Of a stretch of 64,000 nt of DNA, positions 1 through 8,817 are shown piece after piece. This stretch comes from Planctomycetota bacterium (GTDB lineage Bacteria > Planctomycetota > PUPC01 > DSUN01): assembly GCA_035384565.1 (NCBI GenBank), contig DAOOIT010000002.1:8579-72578 (forward strand). The letters are read 5' to 3'. Below the pieces are notes generated by a model. The model was given only the letters and a program-made list of their open reading frames with translations. It had not been told where the DNA came from and made no database searches. How positions within the stretch are numbered: position 1 is the first letter of the stretch; each line of letters begins with the position of its first letter. A program made the position numbers and the translations under genes.

Positions 1-827
1 ACCGGGCCGCTCCAGGCGAGGCGGCCATCGCGGCTCGGGGTCGCGCCGCAGCCCCGGAGCCAGCGCACGGCCGTGGCGGCATCGAAGCTCATCGCCGCGA
101 TGTCCAGCACACACCGCCCGTAGCGGTCCATCCCCCCGCTCTGAGCCAGATCGGCCGGGCTGGGCTTCTGGAGGAAGCGGCGAGCCTGCCCGCCCGGGCC
201 GAGGCAGAAGACCCCGTGGCGGCTCGCCTGCTCGGGAGTGGCCAAGCAACCCAGGGCCGTCACGCCTGCCGGGGCCAGGCGCACCTCTGTCGGATCGAAC
301 TCCTTGATGTCATCGCCGGCGGCTACCACGACCTGGCCGCACCCCGGCGGGAGCGCCGGCAGGGCAAGATAGGCGGGCAACTGCCGATCGAACAGCGTCT
401 CCGCTACGCCGCTGTTCGACTCGCCGGGGACGGGCATGAACGCCTTGCCGCACGGCCCATAGGCGGGAAGACGCATCGAGTCCCCTCCCGCATGCACGAT
501 CAGGATACGGAGCCTCTCGAGGGCCGCTTGCCAGGCCGCGGGTTCGCCGAGCTCGGCTTGGCGTCCCGCCAGCTCGCGAGTGATCACTTCCATCAGGCAC
601 GCCACCGTGCTCCCACCGCTGCCGACCCGCCTTCCCGCCGGGTCGGGCACCACCAGCGCCCTGCGGATGCCGGCCAGGAGCCCCAACTCCTCGCGCACGC
701 GCAACTGCGCTTCATATGTGCGCGCCTGCCGCTCGTTCGAGGCGGTGACGATCACGTAGTCCCAGTTGTCGGCGGCGGGCCTCGAGTGGCCCCCCGCGCC
801 ATCGGGCAAGTGCGCCATGGCGCTCAT
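1..827 (-). CDS. Partial CDS (runs off the window start; 3' end not seen): fucokinase-domain-like sugar-1-phosphate nucleotidyltransferase/kinase family protein
   Basis: Not in the ORF track because no stop lies inside the window. Manual minus-strand translation from ATG (revcomp of 825-827) is open to position 1: MSAMAHLPDGAGGHSRPAADNWDYVIVTASNERQARTYEAQLRVREELGLL...GSGGSTVACL...ILIVHAGGDSMRLP. The WD(Y/A)(I/V)VLTA.NE.QA..YE.QL N-terminus is reminiscent of the L-fucokinase/GDP-fucose pyrophosphorylase (Fuc_kinase) family. The start overlaps the stop of the upstream Wzy_C gene (ATGA at 824-827). Confidence 0.45.
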   Translation of the reverse strand, partial: MSAMAHLPDGAGGHSRPAADNWDYVIVTASNERQARTYEAQLRVREELGLLAGIRRALVVPDPAGRRVGSGGSTVACLMEVITRELAGRQAELGEPAAWQAALERLRILIVHAGGDSMRLPAYGPCGKAFMPVPGESNSGVAETLFDRQLPAYLALPALPPGCGQVVVAAGDDIKEFDPTEVRLAPAGVTALGCLATPEQASRHGVFCLGPGGQARRFLQKPSPADLAQSGGMDRYGRCVLDIAAMSFDAATAVRWLRGCGATPSRDGRLAWSGP

Positions 828-2209
828 CCCACCCCTCCACGGCTCCAGGCACTGCGCCCAACCAGGGCGGCCGGTTGGCCGGCCACAGGCAGGCGACAGT
901 GCCTCCCGCTCCCCGGCTGAGGCGGACTCTGACGGGCCCGGGCTTGCCTCAGACTGCGGTCGAGGACCTCGAGATAGGCCAGTATGGGAACGATCACGAG
1001 CAGGTCCACCGAGAACGCAGCAGCCGTAGTCTCGGGGATGCTGCGAACGGTGAAGAAGGCCAGGACCGCGCCCGCTTCAATCAGAAGGGTCCGGTGCTGC
1101 GCCGAGAGCGCTGCCAGACTCCGGAGGCTGCGGAAGAACAGCCGCCACCCGACCACCCACGACGCGACGAAGAAGGCCGTGCCGGCCACCCCGGCCTGCA
1201 TCAGCGCGAGGAGCCAGGTGTTGTGCACGTGTTGGAGGCCCATGTGGAACCTGTCTGCCAGGGGCCCAAGACCCAGCACGGGCGATCGCAGGAAGACCTC
1301 CCAGCCCTCCCGCCACACCTCGGTTCGTCCTGTCATCCGCATCAGGTTCTCGCCGGGTCCGCGCCGGTACACGATGCCCTCTATTCTCTCCGCCATGGTG
1401 GCATCTGCAAGCATGGCCAAACCTGCGACGCCCATCGTGAGGAACAATGCACCCTTGCCTCTCTGCACCGACAGCATGAAGAGAGCGGCGACCACGAAGC
1501 CGATGAGCGGCGTTCGGGCGCGTGTGGCGAGCATCAGCACGATGGACGCACCGCACACGGCCCCCCAGAGCACCCGGCCCGGGCCTCTCGCCTGCCACAT
1601 CCGGCTGAAGGCGAACACGGCCGGCACGGCCGCCAGGCGTCCGATGCCCGTGGACCGCGACATGGTCACTCCCCCCACCGCAGGGATCACATTGACAACC
1701 TCGACGTCCGAAGACCACCAATCGCCCGAGCTGAACAGAACATCCCAGGCCACGATCGCCAGCCCCACGGCCAGGGTGGCCACCATCACCCACGTGAGCG
1801 TGAGAAGCTGAGCACTGCCAGACAACGGATCGCTTCGGGCCACCACAGCCTCCAGCACGATGAACACCGACAGGTACAGCGCCCCCCAGTAGAGGGCCTC
1901 GAATGGCGACGCAGAGAGCAGCGAAGTGCCCAGCATGAACAGGCCATACACGGCCATGAGCCGAACGGGACCCGACCTGCCGAAGACGCCGAGCGTGCCC
2001 CGCCGACGAACGAAGAGATAGGCCCCCACGGCAGCGGCGAACGCCAGCAGCGACCGGGCGAAGTGCAGGTATCCAACCAGCCCGGTCGGATTGCGCCAAT
2101 GCCGAGGGTCGGCCTCGATATTGAGCCAGAGCATCACCCAGAGGAGCAAACTCCAGGACAGCGCTCCTCCCAGGGCGGGTCGTCTTACTGCGGGTGCCGC
2201 AGGCCCCAT
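824..2209 (-). CDS. O-antigen ligase / Wzy_C-domain polytopic membrane protein (WaaL/PglL/Wzy-like)
   Basis: 461-aa multi-transmembrane ORF with a Wzy_C-type loop, ...LGLGPLADRFHMGLQHVHNTWLLALMQAGVAGTAFFVASWVV...; it is the last complete gene of the minus-strand cluster. Confidence 0.65.
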   Translation of the reverse strand: MGPAAPAVRRPALGGALSWSLLLWVMLWLNIEADPRHWRNPTGLVGYLHFARSLLAFAAAVGAYLFVRRRGTLGVFGRSGPVRLMAVYGLFMLGTSLLSASPFEALYWGALYLSVFIVLEAVVARSDPLSGSAQLLTLTWVMVATLAVGLAIVAWDVLFSSGDWWSSDVEVVNVIPAVGGVTMSRSTGIGRLAAVPAVFAFSRMWQARGPGRVLWGAVCGASIVLMLATRARTPLIGFVVAALFMLSVQRGKGALFLTMGVAGLAMLADATMAERIEGIVYRRGPGENLMRMTGRTEVWREGWEVFLRSPVLGLGPLADRFHMGLQHVHNTWLLALMQAGVAGTAFFVASWVVGWRLFFRSLRSLAALSAQHRTLLIEAGAVLAFFTVRSIPETTAAAFSVDLLVIVPILAYLEVLDRSLRQARARQSPPQPGSGRHCRLPVAGQPAALVGRSAWSRGGVG

Positions 2210-2219
2210 CGAGTTTCCC

Positions 2220-3419
2220 TCAGGGCGCCTCGGCGCGTCCCAGGGCGAGCGCTTTCTGATAGACCCACATCAGCCGTTCATAGCACCGGTCGCGCGAGTA
2301 CTCGGTCGTGGCCTTCTGGCGGCCCGCCATGCCCATCTCCCGACACAGGCCAGGCTCGGCCCACAAGCGGCGGAGTCTCTCCACCAACTGGGGCACATTG
2401 CCGGGCTCGTAGAGCAGGCCGGTGACCCCTTCTTCCACGATCTCTGGCAGCGCACCGATCCGTGTGGCCACCACGGGCCGCCCCGCGCACATCGCCTCGA
2501 CCAGCACATTGGGGAAGCCCTCGAACCACTTGCTGCAACAGACCAGGATTCGGGTCTCCCGGTAGAACTCCGCGAGCCGTTCCCCTGACAGAAAGCCATG
2601 GAACAACACGTTCGGAGGGGCGCCCGCCACGGCCTCCGGCATCGCGGAGGCGTCGCCCGCCACGGCGAAGCGAAGCTCGGGCAGCGCCCGGGCCGCCGCC
2701 AGAAAGTCCGCGATCCCCTTCTCGGGGCTGAGCCGCCCGACGAAGGAGATCGTGCTGCCTTCCCCAGGCTCCGCCGGTGGGGCTAGCGCCGACCCCGCGA
2801 TCATGTTCGGGACGACCTCGACCCTGTCGGCGGGGATTCCTCGATCAATGAACCGCCTTCGCTGGAACTCTGACAGCACCACAAACACGGCCACGTTCTC
2901 TCGGATCATCCCCGTGATTCTGGCGAAAGCGTTCCGCAGCGCATACCCGAGGCTCTTCGGCAGGCTGCCGGCGCAGTTCTTCAGCACGCACCACAGCTCG
3001 CCCCCTGTGCCCATGCACTTCTCGCACAGGCGGCCGCCCGAGAGCAAGAGGCCGGTCGGGCAGAAGAGGCGGTAGTTCGGGCAGCGCATGACTATGGGGA
3101 TTCCCCGCCTCCGCACCGGCGCCAGAATCGAGGGCGAGAGCAATGGATAGAGATTCTGAACCTGGACGATGTCGAAGTCGCTCCCGCGAAGGAGTTCAGC
3201 CATCTCGCGGCGCGACCTGAAGCTGTGGATGCCGGAGAAGAACGCCCGCGTCTTGCCTGCCAGGGATCCAGGAATACCCGCGGACGACTTCCCGAACCAC
3301 GTCACGCAATGGCCCCGCTCCTCGAGCAGCCGCGCAATGCTCTCGCACGCATGCTCCTCGCCACTCGGCCTAGCGTAGTCATTGTGAACCAAGAGAACTC
3401 TCACCGCATGGCTCCCCAA
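2220..3419 (-). CDS. Glycosyltransferase family 4 (GT-B, group 1)
   Basis: 399 aa; C-terminal GT4 signature EGFPNVLVEAMCAGRPVVATRIGALPEIVEEGVTGLLYEPGN; 11 nt from the next gene. Confidence 0.85.
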   Translation of the reverse strand: MGSHAVRVLLVHNDYARPSGEEHACESIARLLEERGHCVTWFGKSSAGIPGSLAGKTRAFFSGIHSFRSRREMAELLRGSDFDIVQVQNLYPLLSPSILAPVRRRGIPIVMRCPNYRLFCPTGLLLSGGRLCEKCMGTGGELWCVLKNCAGSLPKSLGYALRNAFARITGMIRENVAVFVVLSEFQRRRFIDRGIPADRVEVVPNMIAGSALAPPAEPGEGSTISFVGRLSPEKGIADFLAAARALPELRFAVAGDASAMPEAVAGAPPNVLFHGFLSGERLAEFYRETRILVCCSKWFEGFPNVLVEAMCAGRPVVATRIGALPEIVEEGVTGLLYEPGNVPQLVERLRRLWAEPGLCREMGMAGRQKATTEYSRDRCYERLMWVYQKALALGRAEAP

Positions 3420-3487
3420 CGCATCCTAAGCGGCGTCTGCCACAGGGCGCTGACGACTCCGTGATCGGGGACAGAGCAGAGGACGCG

Positions 3488-5485
3488 CTACTTCCTCAGT
3501 TCGCGCAAGTACCAGTCAGCCCCGAGATGCACATCATCAGCAAGGCCGCGTGGGTACCCTTCGCCGTAGAGAAGGTAATCAGCATCAGTCGGGATGGGCT
3601 GCGTGCCCTTGCCGTAGACGTTCAGCGGGATGATCCTCCTCGTCAGTGTCGCGCCGAAGAGCGGATACTCGTAGCTTCGCGCCGCCAACCACACGGCCAC
3701 TGTCGCGCATTTCGGGACAAGCTCCTCATATCTCCTCATGGCGGGCGCATATCTCCTGTTGTGCGCCATAAGCTGGCTGATCCTATCTCTCCTGAACACC
3801 GACTCCCAGACACTCCCCTGGTAGTGCAGAGCTACCAACGGTCGGTCCGGTCTCACGGTGACAGCAGAGAGGGCCGAGGCACAGCCGATCAGCACGACGA
3901 TGGCAACATAGGCCCGAAGGAACCCCGATCGTGCTCTGAGGCACAAACCCACCACGGGGACCGCGCACACCGCGCAGGGTGGGAAGTACCTGCTGACATC
4001 TGTGCCGTATCTGACACCAAAGGAAACCCCGACAAAGAACAATAGGGAGGCAAAGGAAAACGGCCTGAATCTCCAGTAGCCCATGACCCCGGCTACTGAC
4101 ATAGCCACAGCAATCCATATGAGACCGAAGCCAAGAATCCCCCAATAGGACATGTCCTCATGGATCGTCGGCGGCCTGTTGTAGTTGAACCAGCGGTTTG
4201 GATGGCCGCCGATGGAGAACGGCAGATTCATCCCGATCTTCTCTGCTGCCGTCCTCGGAATCAGCCGCACGAGGACCTGCACTCCGGATACGGGGCTGAC
4301 CGGGGGAAGCCCGTCAAGAGACAGGAACCCAAAACCGATACGCGCGGCGTTCTTCACCCCTTCCCACGCACTGCTACCATAGGAACTGTAGGAACGTTCC
4401 GACACGCCAAGGAGCTGCCGCACCTCTGGGGGACCGATCGGGTTCCCGAACACCCGGTAGTTCTCCAGGTACCCTGAGGGAAGTCCAAAGACAGCGATAC
4501 CAAGAGACACCGAAGCGGCAAAGACAAGCAGGGCCCGCAACCGTCCTCGGGCTGGCTGACAGGTTCCCACAAGGCAGTACAGAAACACTGGCGTCATCGC
4601 TAGGAGGGCAAGCAATGCGGTCACCTTCGTGCCGACGGAGAGGCCCGCCGCCAACCCTGAGAAAGCGAGGTACCTCCATTGGTGGGTTCGCCTGAAGACC
4701 AGGAGGAAGTAGCTAAGTGAGCCAGAGTACGCTGCCACGAGCAAGTCCTGCTGCGTGGTGACCGCCTGGAGCAGGCACTGTGGAAGCAGTGCGAACACAA
4801 GAGAGGCGAATAGGGCTTCCTTCCTGCTGCAACCAAGGCTCGCCGTGATGCCGTAGACGGCGCAGGTAGCAACCCAGTAGGAAAGATACTGAATCAGCTG
4901 GCAAGCGTTCTCGTTCCTTCCAGAAACGAGCAAGGTATACAGCGCAAGCACCGCGTGGTTCTTCGGTGTAGCAATCTGCGCGTAGAAGTTGGCATCATAG
5001 TGCGCGAGGCTACCGTGTTGCAGGTAGTAGGCTACCCTCGCGAGATAGCATGTCATACCGTCCCAGTGAGTGGGCGCTGTGAACAGGGCTACTGCCAAGT
5101 TGGCCAAACCACATGCCGCGGCTGCGGCGAACATTGCGAGAAGGGTGGTTCGCTCATACCATGACCACGACCGCACTTGGGCTGTGAACCAAGAGACGCT
5201 GACCTTGGGCAATAACCTTCTCCGTGGAAGGACCAGTTGCCCGAGCCGACCGTTGACGACAGCAAGCGCGAAGCACAGCGAAGCTGTGATCACGCCATAG
5301 AGTGACCAGTAACCGAGATCACTCAAGCGGTTGATGGCGGACAGAAGGTATCCTCCGAGGACAATCTCTGCGGTCAACAGACAGAAAGAGAGAAGGATGG
5401 TTGCCACATGTCCCCGAGGTCGAAATAGAACGAGCAAGAAGTAGCAGCACAGAAACAGACTCACTGTGGCCAGAATGTTGTGCAA
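3488..5485 (-). CDS. Large polytopic membrane protein, GT-C fold glycosyltransferase-like (ArnT/PMT_2-like)
   Basis: 665 aa with more than 10 predicted TM helices in the N-terminal half and a soluble C-terminal domain; first periplasmic loop HWDGMTCYLARVAYY resembles the D-x-x-x-Y-x-x-A-R loop of ArnT/PMT GT-C enzymes. Lies immediately downstream of a DPM1-like GT2. Confidence 0.5.
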   Translation of the reverse strand: MHNILATVSLFLCCYFLLVLFRPRGHVATILLSFCLLTAEIVLGGYLLSAINRLSDLGYWSLYGVITASLCFALAVVNGRLGQLVLPRRRLLPKVSVSWFTAQVRSWSWYERTTLLAMFAAAAACGLANLAVALFTAPTHWDGMTCYLARVAYYLQHGSLAHYDANFYAQIATPKNHAVLALYTLLVSGRNENACQLIQYLSYWVATCAVYGITASLGCSRKEALFASLVFALLPQCLLQAVTTQQDLLVAAYSGSLSYFLLVFRRTHQWRYLAFSGLAAGLSVGTKVTALLALLAMTPVFLYCLVGTCQPARGRLRALLVFAASVSLGIAVFGLPSGYLENYRVFGNPIGPPEVRQLLGVSERSYSSYGSSAWEGVKNAARIGFGFLSLDGLPPVSPVSGVQVLVRLIPRTAAEKIGMNLPFSIGGHPNRWFNYNRPPTIHEDMSYWGILGFGLIWIAVAMSVAGVMGYWRFRPFSFASLLFFVGVSFGVRYGTDVSRYFPPCAVCAVPVVGLCLRARSGFLRAYVAIVVLIGCASALSAVTVRPDRPLVALHYQGSVWESVFRRDRISQLMAHNRRYAPAMRRYEELVPKCATVAVWLAARSYEYPLFGATLTRRIIPLNVYGKGTQPIPTDADYLLYGEGYPRGLADDVHLGADWYLRELRK

Positions 5486-5570
5486 TCTACTGCCCTAACA
5501 CGCGAAGAGTCTCATACCGGGCCTCGCCCCTGCGCAATCACGTCGGCTCTCGCCGCAACAAACCCGGGGC

Positions 5571-6464
5571 TCACCGGTACTGCGGGCATCGGTCCTCCCC
5601 AGGCTGCGCCCCAGGGTGGTGGCGAACAGGTCCGGGGAGCCTCCAGCGCCGCACGGCAAGGCAGAGGCCCAGGTAACCGCCGATGGTCCGGAGAATGCGC
5701 ATACGGCTCTTGCCGCGGCGGGCGGCGGTGTCGAGGCGAAACGGGACTTCGGAGATGCTGAGGCGCAGGTTCATTGCCTTCTTGAGCATCTCGACGACGC
5801 CCTCGAACCCAGCGCGCTCGATGATTCGAGGGCCGTAAGCAGCCTGGAGGGCAAGGACGGCCCGCCCGCGGAAAACGCGGAAGAAGGAACTCATCGTGTG
5901 GATGCCTGTCATACCCAGGAGACCCCGAAGCACGATGGCGTTCGCCCCGAAGCTCAGGAACCGCCGCCACCAGCTTGTGTGCTCAAACCCGCCACCGTAG
6001 GCGTAGGGTGAGGCGAGGACGACGTCGAGGTCCTCCCGTTCGCACCGTTCGAGCATGCGAAGAAGAGTCTCGACTCGCCCCGTGTTGTCACCCTCCACCG
6101 TGGCGACGAAGTCCGTGGGTTCGAGGTCGCCGGCGAGGTGTTCGAAGGCGGTCCCGAACGCACTCCCTGGTCCCATGTTTCCCTCGTGCTTCAGTACAGC
6201 CAGAGCGAGGCCATGGCCCAGGGCCGCGGCCAGCTCGGGTGTGCCATCGTTGCTCCCATCGTCCACGAGGATGACGCAAGTCCCGTAACGCCCCGCTTGC
6301 GAAGCCGCAAGTTCCCGGAAACTGGCGAAGAGACCCTCGAGATTGGGGGCCTCATTGAGCACCGGTACGATAACGTGCAACGATCGTAACGGGGCGTCCG
6401 CGGCATAGCGCGCACCCTCAAGCATGTTAGCTCTCCGAAGACTCTGTGCTGGGATTCCCATCAA
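5571..6464 (-). CDS. GT2 polyprenyl-phosphate sugar synthase (DPM1/GtrB-like)
   Basis: LHVIVPVLNEAPNLE...CVILVDDGSNDGT...VVLASPYAYGGG: classic GT-A/DXD family 2 similar to dolichyl-/undecaprenyl-phosphate mannose/glucose synthases. True start is probably Met14 (about 6425), giving a 1-nt gap from the upstream gene. Confidence 0.8.
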   Translation of the reverse strand: MMGIPAQSLRRANMLEGARYAADAPLRSLHVIVPVLNEAPNLEGLFASFRELAASQAGRYGTCVILVDDGSNDGTPELAAALGHGLALAVLKHEGNMGPGSAFGTAFEHLAGDLEPTDFVATVEGDNTGRVETLLRMLERCEREDLDVVLASPYAYGGGFEHTSWWRRFLSFGANAIVLRGLLGMTGIHTMSSFFRVFRGRAVLALQAAYGPRIIERAGFEGVVEMLKKAMNLRLSISEVPFRLDTAARRGKSRMRILRTIGGYLGLCLAVRRWRLPGPVRHHPGAQPGEDRCPQYR

Positions 6465-7386
6465 GAACCCCTCGAAGCGCCATGGGGATCATGATTAGGA
6501 ACGCGGGTAGAAACTTCGCTAGTTCGCGCAGCAGCCCATTGAAGAAGAACAGGATCGTATAGGGGAGCAGGCTTAAGAACGCCAGGCGATGGAATGCGTC
6601 GCTCTTCCTGAACGCGACCGTAGACAGAAGGGCAAAGCCCGCCACCTCCACTGTCCATAGTGGGACAATCGATGTCAACAGGTCGTGCACGTTGGAGTTG
6701 GACGCGATGTGGAAGGCAGTGGTGAACTGAGTCGGCTTGGCCCCGTAGTACGCCCGGGTGCCAAGCATAGCGACCGCCCACAGCAGGAGACTCGCTAGAG
6801 CGAGAAGAATCCCGCGTCTGTCCAGCCTCCGTTGGGCGACGAGGTCGATGACATACCACACAATGAGAAAGGCTATCTGCTCGCGATTGAGGGCTCCCAA
6901 AAAGACGATCACGGGCAAGTACTGAACCCTGCCACTTCGGAACAGGGCCAACCCCAGTGTGTAAAACCAGAGCGTGATGAAATCGCCTTCCATGTAGTAC
7001 CCTGTTACCGATAGGGGTATTACAACCTGCAACAGAAGCACGCCCACTATCGCGCCGCTCTGGCCGAAGCCTCTCCACAGGTACCGGTGAAAGCAGATGA
7101 AGATGGCCAGAAACGTAACCATGGAGATCGACGCATAGGAGAAGACATGCTGCATACGCCTGTTCCGCACAACTGTTGAGGCCATGGTTTCGACAACCGT
7201 TCCAAGCAGGGGTTTCAGAATCCTGAACTGATAGGGCGATTGCGCCTGCCCGGTCAGGATCCTGTCAACATGTGCGATACGCTTCTCGACGTTTGGCAAT
7301 ATCACGGTCCTGCAGACATAATATGTCGATATCATCGCCAGCATCACGGGTACTACAAGACCATGTAGCCCTCTCGGTTGCATCGC
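6427..7386 (-). CDS. Polytopic membrane protein of unknown function (candidate flippase/GtrA-like partner)
   Basis: Hydrophobic ORF (MISTYYVC...FLAIFICFHRYLW...LLLQVVIPLSVTGYY...). The listed ORF reaches 7647, but the first ~85 codons are Arg-rich and non-protein-like; start proposed at MQPRGLHG (about 7386). Confidence 0.4.
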   Translation of the reverse strand, partial: AMQPRGLHGLVVPVMLAMISTYYVCRTVILPNVEKRIAHVDRILTGQAQSPYQFRILKPLLGTVVETMASTVVRNRRMQHVFSYASISMVTFLAIFICFHRYLWRGFGQSGAIVGVLLLQVVIPLSVTGYYMEGDFITLWFYTLGLALFRSGRVQYLPVIVFLGALNREQIAFLIVWYVIDLVAQRRLDRRGILLALASLLLWAVAMLGTRAYYGAKPTQFTTAFHIASNSNVHDLLTSIVPLWTVEVAGFALLSTVAFRKSDAFHRLAFLSLLPYTILFFFNGLLRELAKFLPAFLIMIPMALRGVLDGNPSTESSES

Positions 7387-7643
7387 CTCCAACCAGCGCC
7401 GACAGCTGGTAAGCCTGTTGAGACACCACCGTCCTCGCATGGTATTGACTGCTCCATGCCGACTGCTAGCTCTCGTAATCCTGTGGGGCGCTGCAAGCCT
7501 GCACTGCTCCGACAAGGCCGTTCTCCTGCATCCTCGGGTCATCAGGCGGGGCGATTGATTGCGCGCGCTCAGTTGGTGAGGAGTATGCCGACGTTGGCGC
7601 TCTCGTTCAGGACGCGGCGATGGGGATAAGGCGTTCCATCGGC

Positions 7644-8642
7644 TCACACGGCTTCAGTGGGAATCTGGAGGTTCCGCCGGGCTTCGGCGAGGCAGAGGCG
7701 AATGGCGTCCGCCATCGAGTGCTTCGGCTCGTAGCCGAGCAGGGTGTGGGCCTTGGTAAGGTCGGGCCGCCGTCGCATGATGTCTTTGTACCTGCCGAAG
7801 ACTTCCTGGAAGGGGATGAACTTGAGCTTGAGGGGCCTCCCCGTGTCGGCCAGGCGGTGGATGAGGCGCGCGGCGTCGAGGACGCTCATCTCCTCGGGGC
7901 TGCCGAGGTTGATGATCTGGCCGACGGCCCGCTCGTTCTCCATCGCCAGAATGGTGCCCTGGATGAGGTCGTCCACGTAGGCCATCGAGCGGGTCTGGGA
8001 ACCGTCGCCGTGGATGGGCACCTCCTCATGGCGCAGGATCTTGTGAATGAAGATGGGGATGTGGCCGCCGACCCAAGTGAAGCTGGAGCGAGGGCTGAAT
8101 CCGCCGAAGTAGCGGAGGACGACCACGGGCACGGCGTAGTCGTGATGGTAGGCGAACGCAAGCTGCTCGCCGTATAGCTTGGCCACGGCATAGCTCCAGC
8201 GGCGGATGAGGCTGGGGCCGAGCAGCAGGTCGCCGTCCTCGCGGAAGGGCAGGTCGGGCGACATGCCATAGACGTCCGACGTGGAGGCGAAGATGACCTT
8301 CTTCCGCCACATCCGCGCGGCATCGAGGACGTTCTCGGTGCCCTGGGCGTTCACCTTGAGGGTGGCCATGCTCGAATCGGCCTCGGCCACCTTCTTCACG
8401 GCAGCCAGATGCACGAGGGTGTCGGCCTCCCGGGCGAGAATCTTGAGGGTGTCCATGTCCAGAATGTCAACGGGGTAGAACCTGAATGCCTCGTTGGCGA
8501 GCTGATGCCGGATGTTCTCCATCCGGCCGAAGGACATGTTGTCAATACCGATGACGCGGCAGCCGCGCCCGAGCAAGGCATCAAGCAGGTGTGAGCCGAT
8601 CATCCCGGCCACGCCCGTAATCAGTACTACTCCATCTGACAT
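7644..8642 (-). CDS. NAD-dependent epimerase/dehydratase (extended SDR; UDP-sugar 4-epimerase / UDP-glucuronate decarboxylase family)
   Basis: N-terminal Rossmann VLITGVAGMIGSHLLDALL, catalytic YAVAKLYGE (YxxxK), 332 aa. Confidence 0.85.
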   Translation of the reverse strand: MSDGVVLITGVAGMIGSHLLDALLGRGCRVIGIDNMSFGRMENIRHQLANEAFRFYPVDILDMDTLKILAREADTLVHLAAVKKVAEADSSMATLKVNAQGTENVLDAARMWRKKVIFASTSDVYGMSPDLPFREDGDLLLGPSLIRRWSYAVAKLYGEQLAFAYHHDYAVPVVVLRYFGGFSPRSSFTWVGGHIPIFIHKILRHEEVPIHGDGSQTRSMAYVDDLIQGTILAMENERAVGQIINLGSPEEMSVLDAARLIHRLADTGRPLKLKFIPFQEVFGRYKDIMRRRPDLTKAHTLLGYEPKHSMADAIRLCLAEARRNLQIPTEAV

Positions 8643-8817
8643 TCGTTGTCTCCCTGCTGACCGTTGGCCAATACCCTGGTGTTCTCACGAGGCCATCGTG
8701 CCGGCCGACTGGAGGGCAGGTCGAGATGACATTGGCTCTCGTGTTCGTCCACACGCTTGCGAGGAAGCCTGAAGTGCCTCATGTGACAGCCCCCCGATTG
8801 TTGCCTGTCGCCGCAAC

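Noticed and set aside
216-1029. Plus-strand ORFs 216-920 and 766-1029 and minus ORF 310-600 at the window start
   Set aside because: Arg/Pro-rich; the region is better explained by the minus-strand fucokinase-like frame, which is open to the window edge and was missed by the ORF track for lack of a stop.
875-2425. 516-aa plus-strand ORF (and 984-1811, 1077-2099) overlapping the O-antigen-ligase gene
   Set aside because: Antisense or out-of-frame shadow ORFs typical of high-GC DNA; Arg/Pro/Gly/His-rich low-complexity translation with no motifs, whereas the minus-strand frame encodes a coherent Wzy_C membrane protein.
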